64,000 bases of DNA from Bacillus subtilis subsp. subtilis str. 168 (GCF_000009045.1 NC_000964.3:2232001-2296000), one strand, 5' to 3'. Positions 50,957-63,301 are shown, numbered from the stretch's first letter. Numbers and translations: made by a program. Notes: generated by a model from the sequence alone, not told the origin.

Positions 50957-51135
50957 GCTTATCCCCCTTCGTCTTTGAGATTATCATACCACGTAATCCA
51001 CGAATTAACTTATGCTTTATACAATGCGGCTCGCCTCTTCATTCTTTAATTTCCTTCACTAAGTAAATCACTTTACAAATCCACCAAAAATGCAGATTCA
51101 AAGCCCTTTGCAACTCTCTGTTGTATAAATCAATT

Positions 51136-51651
51136 TTATATCCCCCATTCAGTGACTGCATAAATAATTTCATTTGGGTTAGGATCATGATCTAAATATC
51201 CGCCATATCGAGACACTAGAACCCCATATTTAAAATTAAAGTCAATAATCCATAAATCGCTGTTATTTATTTGTTCCCACAGAAAATTAAAGTTCTCTAT
51301 TATCCAGTTACCGTTAATCAGAAAAATTGGGCTATCCTCTATCCCTAAATATAAGTAAACTTGTTCATCAGGAAGCTTAGTTTGTTGCACATGATTGATC
51401 ACTTCATATTCCCAACTGTATTCTTTTCTATGCTCACTGTATTTAATTGCAAAATCATTTTTATGTAACTCAAAGTTCCATTTTTTCTGAACTTTATCTA
51501 GGATTCTTTCTAATTCAGGAGATGTGATTAGACTACAATCCTCAATAGTAGTTGCCATATCACGAGGCAGTGTTGACATCAATGTTACTCGGAGGCTTTT
51601 TTGTTTGTTTATTTTCAACTTCTGTCTAAGAAGCATTTTTCGATTGTCCAT
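51136..51651 (-). CDS. yokC: Hypothetical protein, 171 aa
   Basis: SD GGAGG before the ATG at 51651. Confidence 0.75.
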   Translation of the reverse strand: MDNRKMLLRQKLKINKQKSLRVTLMSTLPRDMATTIEDCSLITSPELERILDKVQKKWNFELHKNDFAIKYSEHRKEYSWEYEVINHVQQTKLPDEQVYLYLGIEDSPIFLINGNWIIENFNFLWEQINNSDLWIIDFNFKYGVLVSRYGGYLDHDPNPNEIIYAVTEWGI

Positions 51652-51679
51652 ACTATCCTCCATAAATAATAATGTAAGG

Positions 51680-51721
51680 TTAATAAAAGAAGCCAGAGAG
51701 TATGTGAGGGAACTCTCTGGC
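51680..51721 (-). terminator. Terminator-like hairpin between yokB and yokC
   Basis: GCCAGAGAGT/ACTCTCTGGC perfect 10-bp stem (51692-51721) with a minus-strand TTCTTTTATT tail. Confidence 0.6.
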
Positions 51722-51857
51722 CTATAGTGGTTGATACACCAACTATGATACATATACAGGATACTTTATATTTGTGATGTATTCAAGCAGCTTTCAGGTT
51801 TAAATAAAATGTGAATTTTATTTAAACTACTTAACGTACACTTATTTATACTGCTAC

Positions 51858-52568
51858 TTATTTATTGTCCTTTATATGCTCTTCCCCATAAATACTCTTC
51901 ATTGTTTCTTCACGTTTTTTCTCTTCCCTTTTCTCTTCCTCTGGAGATACTTTCTTTACTTCTGGTATTTCCATGTTTTTAAGTTTGTCATACACCATAG
52001 GGCGTGAATATCTTCCTGTGCTGCCGGGAAAATATGCGTCTATCAAGTTGTATTTATTATCCATCAACATTTCAAACTCATAGTAAGTATCCGCTTGGTT
52101 TCCAGTTCCTTTTATTTCATAAGAAGATTGAATGTAATATAAACCATCATCCCTTTTTTCTACCAAACTTTTTTCATAATCAGCTGGAATTGTTCTTTCT
52201 GGTACTCCGAACATTTCTTTAACAAGCCAGGATACTTTTTCATAGATATCTTTATGTGTAGTACTTGTTTGAGACTTTGCAGAATATTTATCTGTTTCGC
52301 TTGCATCCAACTCCTTTTGCCCTTCTTCACTTTTATAGTACTCAGTGATCTGTTCACACTCTTCTTTTCCGTACACTTCAATACAATCATCCATATTTGG
52401 AGTATCCGCGAGTTTATTATCATTTTCCTTTACACCTTCTTCGGAGGATTCCTCTTTAGACTCATTTTTATTTTTAGAACCATCATTTGAATTCGCACTA
52501 CTTTCAGCACACCCACCAGTGAAGAAAATAAAAGATACACAAACTAACATTGAAAAGCGAATATTCAT
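51858..52568 (-). CDS. yokB: Lipoprotein, 236 aa
   Basis: Lipobox FTGGC followed by an acidic low-complexity linker. Confidence 0.82.
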   Translation of the reverse strand: MNIRFSMLVCVSFIFFTGGCAESSANSNDGSKNKNESKEESSEEGVKENDNKLADTPNMDDCIEVYGKEECEQITEYYKSEEGQKELDASETDKYSAKSQTSTTHKDIYEKVSWLVKEMFGVPERTIPADYEKSLVEKRDDGLYYIQSSYEIKGTGNQADTYYEFEMLMDNKYNLIDAYFPGSTGRYSRPMVYDKLKNMEIPEVKKVSPEEEKREEKKREETMKSIYGEEHIKDNK

Positions 52569-52685
52569 AAAGCCCTCCTGGATTTATAAAGTATTTACAA
52601 TGAATTTAGATGAACTAATTATAACCCATGTTCAAGAAGGTTTTTCATAAAATTTCAATCAATTCAATTCCTTCAAATTATTGTA

Positions 52686-52714
52686 TTGTTTTCGTATTCA
52701 ATGTCAGATAAAAT
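52686..52714 (+). promoter_or_regulatory. Putative sigma-A promoter of sprA
   Basis: TTGTTT-17 nt-TAAAAT. Confidence 0.45.
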
Positions 52715-52755
52715 ATTCTTAATTAAGTTTCTGTTTTGACATTAAACACAAATAA

Positions 52756-54408
<1,653 letters not shown>

Positions 54409-54413
54409 GAAAA

Positions 54414-54460
54414 GTAGTAAGTATCTTAAAAAACAGATAAAGCTGTATCTCCTGTGAACA
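54414..54460. other. Prophage-host att junction (attR) with core ACAGATAAAGCTGTAT at 54433-54448
   Basis: The core reads ACA GAT AAA GCT GTA (TDKAV) in frame with the downstream spsM half; the upstream sequence is phage-derived; the attR name is recalled. Confidence 0.88.
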
Positions 54461-55053
54461 CAATGGGTGCCACCAAGCTGTTATCTGAAAAGCTGTTTCA
54501 TCAAGCAAACCGCCACGTCCAAAACAAAGGAACCTTGTTTTGTTCGGTCCGCTTTGGAAATGTTCTCGGTTCCAGAGGTTCGGTCATCCCCATATTATTT
54601 GAACAGATGATGGAGGGTGAACCTCTGACCATCACAGACAAAAACATGACCAGATTTTTCATGTCAATAGACGATGCAGCTACATTGACATTACAATCGG
54701 CTGCTATTACAAAAGGCGGAGAAACCTTTATTTTCAAAATGGAATCACTGAAACTTGAAGAACTGATTCATGGGTTTGAAGAATATGCATCGCAGCACGG
54801 GCTCCCGCGGCCGGCTGCAGTAGAAGTGGGCAAGCGTCCAGGTGAAAAGCTTCACGAAGAATTAACATCTCCACATGAAATTGAATCACTGTATGAATGG
54901 GGCAACCTTTATGCGATCCTTCCAGAGCCGGAAAAACATCCTGACTTTCGCAAAGTCAATCTGCCTGGGTATCAATCAGATCAAGCCCCGCTCATTACGA
55001 AAGAAAGAATTGCTCAGATTATTGAAGAATTGCATCAAGAGAAAAAGGCATAA
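54433..55053 (+). pseudogene. ypqP: 3' half of spsM (CapD-like UDP-sugar dehydratase/epimerase), interrupted by the prophage
   Basis: TDKAVSPVNTMGATK, SVRFGNVLGSRGSV and RPGEKLHEEL motifs; the N-terminal half is absent. Confidence 0.93.
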
Positions 55054-55090
55054 AAACAAGCCTGTCTATCCATTAGGCAGGCCTGTTTTT
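55052..55090. terminator. Bidirectional terminator between ypqP and msrB
   Basis: GCCTGTCTA/TAGGCAGGC stem with A and T runs. Confidence 0.75.
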
Positions 55091-55096
55091 AACAGT

Positions 55097-55528
55097 TTAT
55101 TTATTAAAGAGATGCAGATAGCTTTCGTATCCTTCTTCTTTTAGCTTATGCTTCGGAACAAACCGCAGCGCTGCTGAATTTATGCAGTAACGAAGTCCGT
55201 TTGGCCCCGGTCCGTCATTAAATACGTGGCCAAGATGAGAATCAGCAGTTCGGCTTCTTACTTCTGTGCGAATCATGCCGTGGCTCGTGTCCAGTTTTTC
55301 TTCCACTTCTTCTTCAATCGGCTTTGTAAAGCTTGGCCAGCCGCATTGGGAATCAAATTTATCTTTGGATGTAAACAATGGCTTGCCTGACACAATGTCT
55401 ACATACAACCCTTCTTCCTTATGATCCCAATATTCATTTTGAAATGGCGGCTCCGTGCCGTTATTTTGCGTTACTTCATATTGCATGCGATTTAATGACT
55501 TTATTTTTTCTTCTTTATTGTACGCCAT
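55097..55528 (-). CDS. msrB: Methionine-R-sulfoxide reductase
   Basis: GTEPPF, GWPSF and RYCINS motifs. Confidence 0.97.
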   Translation of the reverse strand: MAYNKEEKIKSLNRMQYEVTQNNGTEPPFQNEYWDHKEEGLYVDIVSGKPLFTSKDKFDSQCGWPSFTKPIEEEVEEKLDTSHGMIRTEVRSRTADSHLGHVFNDGPGPNGLRYCINSAALRFVPKHKLKEEGYESYLHLFNK

Positions 55529-56062
55529 TTATTTAGCCCCCCAATGCTCGCTGATAAATCCCGCTCGTCCGGAACCTGTCCGGTAGCGCTGATAATGTGC
55601 TGGATTCTTTTTATAAAAATGCTGATGGTAGCCTTCCGCTTCATAGAAAGGTTCAGCTTTTAAAATGTCCGTTACAATCGGATCTTTAAAGATGCCGCTT
55701 TCCGCCAGACGTTGCTTGGAAGCTTCCGCAAGCTCCTTTTGTTTATCATTATGATAAAAAATGGCTGCGCGATAGGAACTGCCGCGATCAGCAAATTGCC
55801 CTCCGGCATCTGTCGGATCGATTTGCTGCCAAAATAATTCAAGCAGTTTTTCATAAGGGAATACATCAGGATGAAACGTGATTTGAACGGCTTCACGATG
55901 TCCCGTCGTTTCACTGCACACCTCTTCGTACGTAGGGTTTTCAGTATGGCCGCCTGTATACCCGGACACCACTTTTTCAATTCCCGGCTGTTCGTCAAAA
56001 GGTTTAACCATACACCAAAAACAGCCTCCTGCAAATGTGGCGATTTCTTTTTTTTCAGACAT
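55529..56062 (-). CDS. msrA: Methionine-S-sulfoxide reductase
   Basis: AGGCFWC and AEGYHQHF motifs. Confidence 0.97.
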   Translation of the reverse strand: MSEKKEIATFAGGCFWCMVKPFDEQPGIEKVVSGYTGGHTENPTYEEVCSETTGHREAVQITFHPDVFPYEKLLELFWQQIDPTDAGGQFADRGSSYRAAIFYHNDKQKELAEASKQRLAESGIFKDPIVTDILKAEPFYEAEGYHQHFYKKNPAHYQRYRTGSGRAGFISEHWGAK

Positions 56063-56193
56063 ACTGGTGCCTCCTTTGTTAATACGTGGTATTATTATAT
56101 TATAGCATGTAAAAATAGAATGAAAATGATTCTGCTTTTCAATAAAATCTATAGGTTTTAAGCAATATGCTTATGTAATGGAGGTTCACAAAT

Positions 56194-56619
56194 TTGAAAG
56201 TAAGAACACAGATGATGTACGATATGGAAACTTTACTCCGTAAAGTCTTTAAACAAATACGCAATGAAATCAATGAAATTTTAGATAAAGAGCTGTCGCG
56301 GAATGAATTCACCATTCTTCGAATCCTTAGTGAACAAGGGCCTAAAAAAGTCACTGAATTTGCGCCTATTTTAGAGGTATCGGCAAGCCACATTACGGCT
56401 GTGACCGATGCGCTGGTAGAAAAGGAATGGATTACGAGAATCAGATCGAAGGAAGACAGACGCATCATCCGCATTCATATCACTGAAGCGGGCGAAAAAG
56501 TCCTTCAGCACTTTAACGAGAAAAAAACGGAATATTTCTTTAAACGCTTTGACTGCTACACTGATGCTGAACTTGCCACGTTAATCGAGCTCTTCAGCAA
56601 ACTTGATAAAAAACGGTGA
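56194..56619 (+). CDS. ypoP: MarR family transcriptional regulator
   Basis: LVEKEWITRIRSKEDRR winged helix. Confidence 0.92.
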   Translation: MKVRTQMMYDMETLLRKVFKQIRNEINEILDKELSRNEFTILRILSEQGPKKVTEFAPILEVSASHITAVTDALVEKEWITRIRSKEDRRIIRIHITEAGEKVLQHFNEKKTEYFFKRFDCYTDAELATLIELFSKLDKKR

Positions 56620-56655
56620 AAAAAAGCACATACCGATATATAGGTATGTGCTTTT
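56620..56655. terminator. Bidirectional terminator between ypoP and ypnP
   Basis: AAAAGCACATACC/GGTATGTGCTTTT. Confidence 0.85.
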
Positions 56656-56668
56656 CGCAGTGCTTCAC

Positions 56669-58006
56669 TTATTTTTCAGTAAACAGCTTCATTGCTTTCC
56701 AGCGGCCATATCTATAATACAAAAATGCCGCGCAGCTGCTAAATAAAAAACTCATTCCGATTCCAAGCCCGATTCCTTTTTGTCCAAGCCAAGCTGAAAA
56801 TAGAGCTGTGAAAGGATACCTCAACACCCAAAACGAGATCAAATTTAATACCAGAACCTGCAGCATCGCTCCCGCGGCCCTGACGATTCCGTTCAGCACA
56901 AAATTAACCCCAATAAAAGGGTAGAAAAACGCGATCCACTTCAAATATTGTTCACCAAATGCGACCGCATCAGGCTCACTGATAAATAACCTTATGAGGT
57001 ATTTACCAAATACCCAAATCATAACCGCAATCACCAGCATGCAGGAAATAACAGCTATCACACCTAGCCTTGCAATTGTTCCCACTCTTTTTTCGTTTCC
57101 GATTCCAATATTTTGCCCTGCCATACTATTGACGGCCGTACCGGCAGCCATTGCTGGAAGCGTGATGATGCTATCAAGCCGCTGCACCGCGCCAAAGCCT
57201 GATACCACGTGATCCCCGTATGAGTTAACAACACTCATAATCGCCATCATACCGCCTGTAATCACCATCATCTGCAGACCTGCCGGAATCCCGAGTTTCA
57301 AAATCAGCGCGGACTCTTCCCACTTGGGCATTCTCGGAATCGAGAATGGCACAAGCTTGTGTTTGATGACATAAAACAACCCATACAAAAACGCAATGCC
57401 CTGTGACAAAATCGTTGAATAAGCCGCTCCCGCTATTCCCATGCGGAACACAGAAATAAAGAGCGGCGCAAGCACTGTATTCAGTACAACAGCAAACGCA
57501 ATAAACCGGAGAGGTGTCTTGCTGTCGCCCAGCGCACGAAGCACAGTACTGATAAAGTTATAACCAAACAAAAATAAAATGCCGATAAATTGAATCTGTA
57601 AATACGTCTCAGCAAGCGGTATCATTGACTCCGGCGTTTTTAGAAGACGCAGCAAAAGCTCTGAGAGAAAAAAACCGGCCGCGCCGAATCCGATGCTTAG
57701 GCCTGTTAATAAAACAACAAAAGCGTTAATATACGACGCCATTCCTTTTATATCATCTTTTCCTTTTTGCTGAGATAAAATGGTTAACGTCGCATTGTTA
57801 AGGCCCAAAATAAAAGACAGCACGGTCAAAACAATCGTGCTTGATACCGCGGCTGCCCCAAGGGCCTTTGCCCCCAGTAAATTGCCGATCCACAAGCTGT
57901 CTATAAATTGAAAGGAAACCTGCAATGCGTTTCCGAGCATAATAGGCATTGAAAACAGTACAAGCTGTTTCAGCACGTTCCCCTGTGTAAAATCGTATGC
58001 TTTCAT
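56669..58006 (-). CDS. ypnP: MATE family efflux transporter, 445 aa
   Basis: About 12 TM; LRALGDSKTP and LKLGIPAG motifs. Confidence 0.93.
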   Translation of the reverse strand: MKAYDFTQGNVLKQLVLFSMPIMLGNALQVSFQFIDSLWIGNLLGAKALGAAAVSSTIVLTVLSFILGLNNATLTILSQQKGKDDIKGMASYINAFVVLLTGLSIGFGAAGFFLSELLLRLLKTPESMIPLAETYLQIQFIGILFLFGYNFISTVLRALGDSKTPLRFIAFAVVLNTVLAPLFISVFRMGIAGAAYSTILSQGIAFLYGLFYVIKHKLVPFSIPRMPKWEESALILKLGIPAGLQMMVITGGMMAIMSVVNSYGDHVVSGFGAVQRLDSIITLPAMAAGTAVNSMAGQNIGIGNEKRVGTIARLGVIAVISCMLVIAVMIWVFGKYLIRLFISEPDAVAFGEQYLKWIAFFYPFIGVNFVLNGIVRAAGAMLQVLVLNLISFWVLRYPFTALFSAWLGQKGIGLGIGMSFLFSSCAAFLYYRYGRWKAMKLFTEK

Positions 58007-58077
58007 CTTTTCTCCTTGTGTTCTCAAATTTTCTTCGGACCACACGAAAAAAGAGACGTTGTTTCATGTCTCTTTTT

Positions 58078-58272
58078 TCATGACTTATCGGTTTTTTTTC
58101 GGTCTCGCATACCGAATGTAAACACCATCACACTTAGGAACAAGGCACAATAGGAAACATTCAAATACATTTGATCCATATCTTCAGCAGCCAGATGATG
58201 ATAAGCAAGCCAGCCGAAGTACAGGGAAAATGTAAAGGATAATAAACTGAAATACTGGTAAATCCGTTTCAT
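58078..58272 (-). CDS. ypmT: Small membrane protein, 64 aa
   Basis: Two TM segments; operon position. Confidence 0.8.
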   Translation of the reverse strand: MKRIYQYFSLLSFTFSLYFGWLAYHHLAAEDMDQMYLNVSYCALFLSVMVFTFGMRDRKKTDKS

Positions 58273-58284
58273 TTTCAGTCACCT

Positions 58285-58848
58285 CTATTGTTTAGGATGG
58301 TAATAGGAAAACTCAATTTCATCTTTTTCTAAATTTATCTTATCCGCTTTGACATACATTCCATTCGTTAAAGGCATTTCTGACAAACGCACTTCAATGC
58401 TTTTATCTCCGGGGTGAACATGGACAAATGACGGCAATTCATAAAAGCTGTCCATATAATTTAACACAAAGCTAATTGGTATACTCAATTTCCCTAACGA
58501 AAATTTCGTGACATTCAGCTCTACATCACCGTTTTTTTTCACGGTCGGCTCAAAAGCGATAAACGCATCAATAGACGTGGAAAATGCCTTGATTTTCCCT
58601 GCGACATGAACATCATCATCAATCTCTACTTTATAATCAAGCTTGTTTGATGCTTTGTCGTTTAAATATGAGTTAACAAACGCAGCTAATGATTCTTTTG
58701 TGCTTGTCACTTGAAATCCATACTCGCTCTCAGATGCATCTTTCACCTGAGCCTGTTCCCCCGGAAGCAAAACAAGTGCCACAAACCCGGCGGCGAGGAT
58801 AAAATTGATTGCAAGCAATATAAAAAACAGTCGCTTCCACTTATTCAT
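58285..58848 (-). CDS. ypmS: YpmS (DUF2140-like) protein, 187 aa
   Basis: N-terminal anchor MNKWKRLFFILL; operon position. Confidence 0.85.
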   Translation of the reverse strand: MNKWKRLFFILLAINFILAAGFVALVLLPGEQAQVKDASESEYGFQVTSTKESLAAFVNSYLNDKASNKLDYKVEIDDDVHVAGKIKAFSTSIDAFIAFEPTVKKNGDVELNVTKFSLGKLSIPISFVLNYMDSFYELPSFVHVHPGDKSIEVRLSEMPLTNGMYVKADKINLEKDEIEFSYYHPKQ

Positions 58849-58857
58849 GCTGTCACC

Positions 58858-59625
58858 CTACTCTTTCGGTAATCCTTCTTTTTTAATGGCTTGATAGACG
58901 CGCTTTGCGATAAGAGAATAACCCGTACCATTAGGATGAAAATCATCTTCCTCAGAAATTCGGCTGCTGTCACTTTTTTGATTAAACAAATCTTCGATAT
59001 GGACGATTTTTGCATGTTTATCTTTTTTCAGCTCTTTTTCAGCAATATGGTTCCAATCCGTGACGACACCATTTATTTCATTTAGTTCTGATAATGTAAA
59101 CGTAAACGGATTGTACATGCTGACATAAATCAGCTCAGCGTGATCATTCAGCTCGCGAATTTCAGAAATGATTTTTTCAAAGCGCTTTTCGTACGGTTTT
59201 TCCGCTTCCTGAAACGGTTCAACGGTTAATTGCAGAAAGTTTTGGCGAAGGATTTTCATCAAATCATTACCGCCAATTGTAAAAAAGACATAATCTGCGT
59301 CCTTTATGCCTTTTTGAACCTTTTTATCTTTTAGTTTTTCTAATAAATCATCCGAACGGTTCCCTTTTACAGCATAATTTTTCACGTCGACCGTTTTGAC
59401 TTGTTTATCTGACCGGATAGAATCCGCCACCTTGCCGACATATCCCTTTCCGTCGGGATCTCCGACTCCTTCTGTCAGCGAATCTCCGACAGCCGCTATG
59501 ACAATGTGTTCTTTTGTTTTCGTTTCATGGGCTTTTTGTTTTCCCTCAGATGATGTACGTATGCTCGTACACGCAGTAAGAAGCAAAATCAAACTGGCCA
59601 TGATTGAAAAAATGCGCAGCTTCAA
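58858..59625 (-). CDS. ypmR: SGNH/GDSL hydrolase lipoprotein, 255 aa, TTG start
   Basis: GDSLTEG, GGNDL and DDFHPN motifs; lipobox LTAC. Confidence 0.92.
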   Translation of the reverse strand: MKLRIFSIMASLILLLTACTSIRTSSEGKQKAHETKTKEHIVIAAVGDSLTEGVGDPDGKGYVGKVADSIRSDKQVKTVDVKNYAVKGNRSDDLLEKLKDKKVQKGIKDADYVFFTIGGNDLMKILRQNFLQLTVEPFQEAEKPYEKRFEKIISEIRELNDHAELIYVSMYNPFTFTLSELNEINGVVTDWNHIAEKELKKDKHAKIVHIEDLFNQKSDSSRISEEDDFHPNGTGYSLIAKRVYQAIKKEGLPKE

Positions 59626-59702
59626 TCTTGTTGCTCCTTCCCATTCTACTAGTGGAAAGTGTATCATGTTTTAGAAGATTTGCAAATGCCTAGTCTCTTA
59701 GC

Positions 59703-60284
59703 TTACTTGAGTGTACTGGCTGACTTCACATCGGAAATGATATCATCGTACGGTGTATTCTCCACTCCATTGTAATCTTTCAGCACCTTACCGTCCGGAC
59801 CTACCAAATAAAAAGAAGATTGATGAATCACTTGGTCCTCTCCCTCCGGCTTCTTTACGATCGCTTTAAAGCTCTTAAGTGCGAACTCCTCAATCTCACT
59901 CTGGCTGTATCCCGTGAGAAAATCCCAGTTATCAAAAGATAATGGATAATTTGCGGCAAATTTCTTCAGCTGTTTCGGCTTATCGTTTTCTGGATCAACA
60001 CTAAATGATATGATGCGGACATCTATATTTTCGGCTTTCAGTTTTTTTTGCAGATCGGTCATATGAGCGGTCATTGGCGGACATATAGTTTCACAATTGG
60101 TAAAAATAAAATCCGCCAGCCATACTTCTCCTTTTAAACTCTCTAAAGAAACGTTCTTGCCGTCTTGGTTTTGAAATGTAAAAGGCTCCACCTCGTAATT
60201 GAGCGGATCTTTAATCTGCTGTCCTCCGCATGCACACAAAAACAGAAAAATCAGCCCAGCCGTTAACCCCTTGATAACCTTCAT
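59703..60284 (-). CDS. ypmQ: Sco1-like copper chaperone for cytochrome c oxidase, 193 aa
   Basis: CETIC (CxxxC) motif and conserved His; lipobox LCAC. Confidence 0.95.
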   Translation of the reverse strand: MKVIKGLTAGLIFLFLCACGGQQIKDPLNYEVEPFTFQNQDGKNVSLESLKGEVWLADFIFTNCETICPPMTAHMTDLQKKLKAENIDVRIISFSVDPENDKPKQLKKFAANYPLSFDNWDFLTGYSQSEIEEFALKSFKAIVKKPEGEDQVIHQSSFYLVGPDGKVLKDYNGVENTPYDDIISDVKSASTLK

Positions 60285-60431
60285 GACATCCATCCTTTCC
60301 AGCCAGCATAAAAACGCTTTCTAAAACCGTCCTTACTGTCCCATGTTTGTATTCGATACTGAGCAAAAAAAATCCTGCATGCCTCCCCATTAACGATTAC
60401 AAAGGAGGGCATGCAGGTAAAAAACGGCATG

Positions 60432-60683
60432 TTACGCGTTGTGCTTTAACACCTCTTGATGAAATACAGCCTGATAATCTGCCCACTTCATCCGCCGCTT
60501 CATATAATGTCGGAAAGAATACACTTTTGCCCTGCTGTTTGATGAAAACACTTCTTTTAAGTAGAATTGCAAATGGTGATGTAACATAAAGAAATAGTGC
60601 TCATCTTCCTTTAATACAGGTATTTCTGTCACTTTCACCTGAATCCCGTCACCGCGTTTGAACTCTAGGCTTTTGAGTAACAA
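60432..60683 (-). CDS. ypmP: Hypothetical protein, 83 aa, TTG start
   Basis: SD AGAGG before the TTG at 60683. Confidence 0.7.
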   Translation of the reverse strand: MLLKSLEFKRGDGIQVKVTEIPVLKEDEHYFFMLHHHLQFYLKEVFSSNSRAKVYSFRHYMKRRMKWADYQAVFHQEVLKHNA

Positions 60684-60768
60684 GCTATCAATCCTCTTTT
60701 TTGTTTTTCTTCTATTATATATGATGCCAGCCGGGCTGTCTGTCATTTTGCGCGGTTGTGTAAAAAAA

Positions 60769-62037
60769 TTAGATTAGCAAATGGAACAAGTCCTCATCCT
60801 TGTTCACCTCTACATAATGAAACGGTTTTTTGTTCATCCGTTCAATCAGCGGCCCATAATCGGCTTTGTTCTGCAGCTCGATGCCGACAAGAGCAGGTCC
60901 ATTGCTTTTATTATTTTTCTTCGTATATTCAAACCTTGTAATGTCATCATTCGGCCCGAGGACTTCGTCAAGAAATTCGCGGAGCGCCCCCGCTCTTTGT
61001 GGAAAATTGACGATAAAATAATGCTGAAGGCCTTCAAAAATCAAGGAACGCTCCTTCATTTCCTGCATTCTTCCGATATCGTTATTGCCCCCGCTTACCA
61101 CACACACCACGTTTTTCCCTTTAATTTGATCCTTGTACAAATCAAGCGCTGCGACAGAAAGAGCTCCAGCCGGTTCAGCAACAACCGCACATTCGTTATA
61201 TAATTCAAGAATGGATGTACATACTTTTCCTTCAGGCACAAGGAGAATGTCATCAACGACAGTTTCCAGCGTCCGGAAGGTTTCCTCGCCAATTTTTTTA
61301 ACAGCCGCCCCATCTACAAACTTATCAATTTTATCAAGTGTGACGACATGCCCAGCTTTGTTTGATTCAAAGTAGGATGCCGCTCCCGCCGGCTCAACAG
61401 CAATTACCTTTGTATCAGGAGACACGTTTTTCAAATATGTACCTACCCCAGAGAGAAGGCCGCCGCCTCCGACACTTGCAAAAAGAAAATGCGGTTCTGT
61501 ATCAATGTCGTTTAAAATCTCGACTGCGAGCGTTCCCTGTCCGGCCATCACATCCGGATCATCGAACGGATGGATAAACGTCCGAGATTCCGCCTCACAG
61601 CATTCAGCAGCGCTTTTATACGCGTCGTCAAACGTATCGCCTGTCAAAATAATATCGATAAATCCTTTTCCGAATAGTTCAACTTGAGATACTTTTTGTC
61701 TCGGTGTAGTAGACGGCATAAAAATTTTCCCGTGAATGCCAAGATGTTTACACGAAAATGCCACACCTTGAGCGTGGTTTCCGGCACTTGCACACACAAC
61801 TCCGTTCTCTGTCTGCTCGCTGGAAAGCTGTTTCATTTTATGATAAGCCCCTCTGAGCTTAAAAGATCTGACAACTTGCAAGTCTTCGCGTTTTAAATAG
61901 ATATTGCATTCATATCTCTCAGAAAGTCTGTCATTCCTCTGCAAAGGTGTGTGAATGACAACGTCCTTTACGTTTTGGTGAGCCTTCAAAATGTCTTTCA
62001 CTTGGATGAGAGAGTTTTCTTTAAGCAACGGTTTCAT
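60769..62037 (-). CDS. ilvA: Threonine dehydratase (biosynthetic), 422 aa
   Basis: SFKLRGA PLP lysine, ASAGNHAQG, VGGGGL; C-terminal regulatory domain. Confidence 0.97.
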   Translation of the reverse strand: MKPLLKENSLIQVKDILKAHQNVKDVVIHTPLQRNDRLSERYECNIYLKREDLQVVRSFKLRGAYHKMKQLSSEQTENGVVCASAGNHAQGVAFSCKHLGIHGKIFMPSTTPRQKVSQVELFGKGFIDIILTGDTFDDAYKSAAECCEAESRTFIHPFDDPDVMAGQGTLAVEILNDIDTEPHFLFASVGGGGLLSGVGTYLKNVSPDTKVIAVEPAGAASYFESNKAGHVVTLDKIDKFVDGAAVKKIGEETFRTLETVVDDILLVPEGKVCTSILELYNECAVVAEPAGALSVAALDLYKDQIKGKNVVCVVSGGNNDIGRMQEMKERSLIFEGLQHYFIVNFPQRAGALREFLDEVLGPNDDITRFEYTKKNNKSNGPALVGIELQNKADYGPLIERMNKKPFHYVEVNKDEDLFHLLI

Positions 62038-62285
62038 GTACAGATTCCTTTCTTGTTTTAAATCCCTATTTAATATGCCATTATAACATGAATATTCAAA
62101 AAATAAGACAATTATTTTTATTTAATAATTAAAAAAATACAGACTATGTCCACCACATCTTGTGGTAACTTCTGTTCAACCATTATCCTGCAGAGCCAAG
62201 AAAAAAGATGATCGTAAAATAAAGGGTGTTTTCAACCAAAAGGCATGATATAATGAAACCAATTAGAACCAAAAGGAGCCAATTG

Positions 62286-63281
62286 ATGAATAGTGCACCA
62301 AAACTCAATACATTTCAACATCTAATCGGAGAACATCAAACTTTTCTGGAAGCGAAGCGAATCGCCAAGCAGTTCTCGTTATCGGAGCTTCCTGTCTTAA
62401 TAACAGGAAAAATCGGAACAGGCAAAAATCACTTCGCACATGCCATACACTTGGAATCTTCGAGAAGCAATGAACCGTTTATAAGCGTCAATTGCAGCAC
62501 CCATTCGGAAGAAACCCTTATTCATGAGCTTTTTGGCCCTAACGGAAACACAGGTGTTTTTCAAAAAGCGGTACGAGGAACCCTTTTTCTTGATGATGTA
62601 TGGCGCATGCCTGCTTCTGTACAAGCTCAGCTGTTAAAAGCGCTTGATTCAGACACGGAGAAACCGCGAATGATCTGTGCTTCTGCAGACCGATCCGTGG
62701 AACATACATTCAGGCAAGACTTATTCTACAGACTGAACATTTTAACGCTCACACTGCCCGAATTATCGGAACGAAAAAGCGATATTCCGCTTTTGACACA
62801 GCATTTTCTCTCAAATTCTGGTCAGCAATTGTTAATCGATCCCTCCGTTTTTCCCGTGCTTGAGAAGCATGCATTTGAAGGCAATGTCAGGGAATTAAAA
62901 AACGCTGCAGATTATATGGCGGCAGTATCAAGCGGGGGAACGATTCAGCCATATGACCTGCCGCCGTATATTAGAGGCACGATAGACGGAAAAACGTCGA
63001 AGAAAAAAGCGAAACTGCTTACTTTAATGGAAAAAGCTGAGTTTTTGTTTATTTTGGAAACAATAAAAGTATTGAACGAAAAAGGAGAACCTGCCAGCAG
63101 ACGGATCATTTCTGAACACAGCAAAAATACCCAAACCTCGTTAACTCCTCAGCAGGTCAGAAGCCGTCTCGACTATTTGGAGAAAAAAGATTATGTCACC
63201 AAAAGCCGCGGACGCGCAGGCACAAAAATTACCTTTGAGGGCTTGAGCTTTATAGAGACGTTAAAAAATCAAATGATCTAG
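62286..63281 (+). CDS. yplP: Sigma-54 (SigL) activator-like regulator, 331 aa
   Basis: GKIGTGKN, VNCS, RQDLFYRLN and EGNVRELKN motifs. Confidence 0.92.
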   Translation: MNSAPKLNTFQHLIGEHQTFLEAKRIAKQFSLSELPVLITGKIGTGKNHFAHAIHLESSRSNEPFISVNCSTHSEETLIHELFGPNGNTGVFQKAVRGTLFLDDVWRMPASVQAQLLKALDSDTEKPRMICASADRSVEHTFRQDLFYRLNILTLTLPELSERKSDIPLLTQHFLSNSGQQLLIDPSVFPVLEKHAFEGNVRELKNAADYMAAVSSGGTIQPYDLPPYIRGTIDGKTSKKKAKLLTLMEKAEFLFILETIKVLNEKGEPASRRIISEHSKNTQTSLTPQQVRSRLDYLEKKDYVTKSRGRAGTKITFEGLSFIETLKNQMI

Positions 63282-63301
63282 CGATCGAAAGGAGAATGTA
63301 C

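Noticed and set aside
51524-51727. 67-aa plus-strand ORF in the track
   Set aside because: It is antisense to yokC, has no SD and runs across a terminator hairpin.
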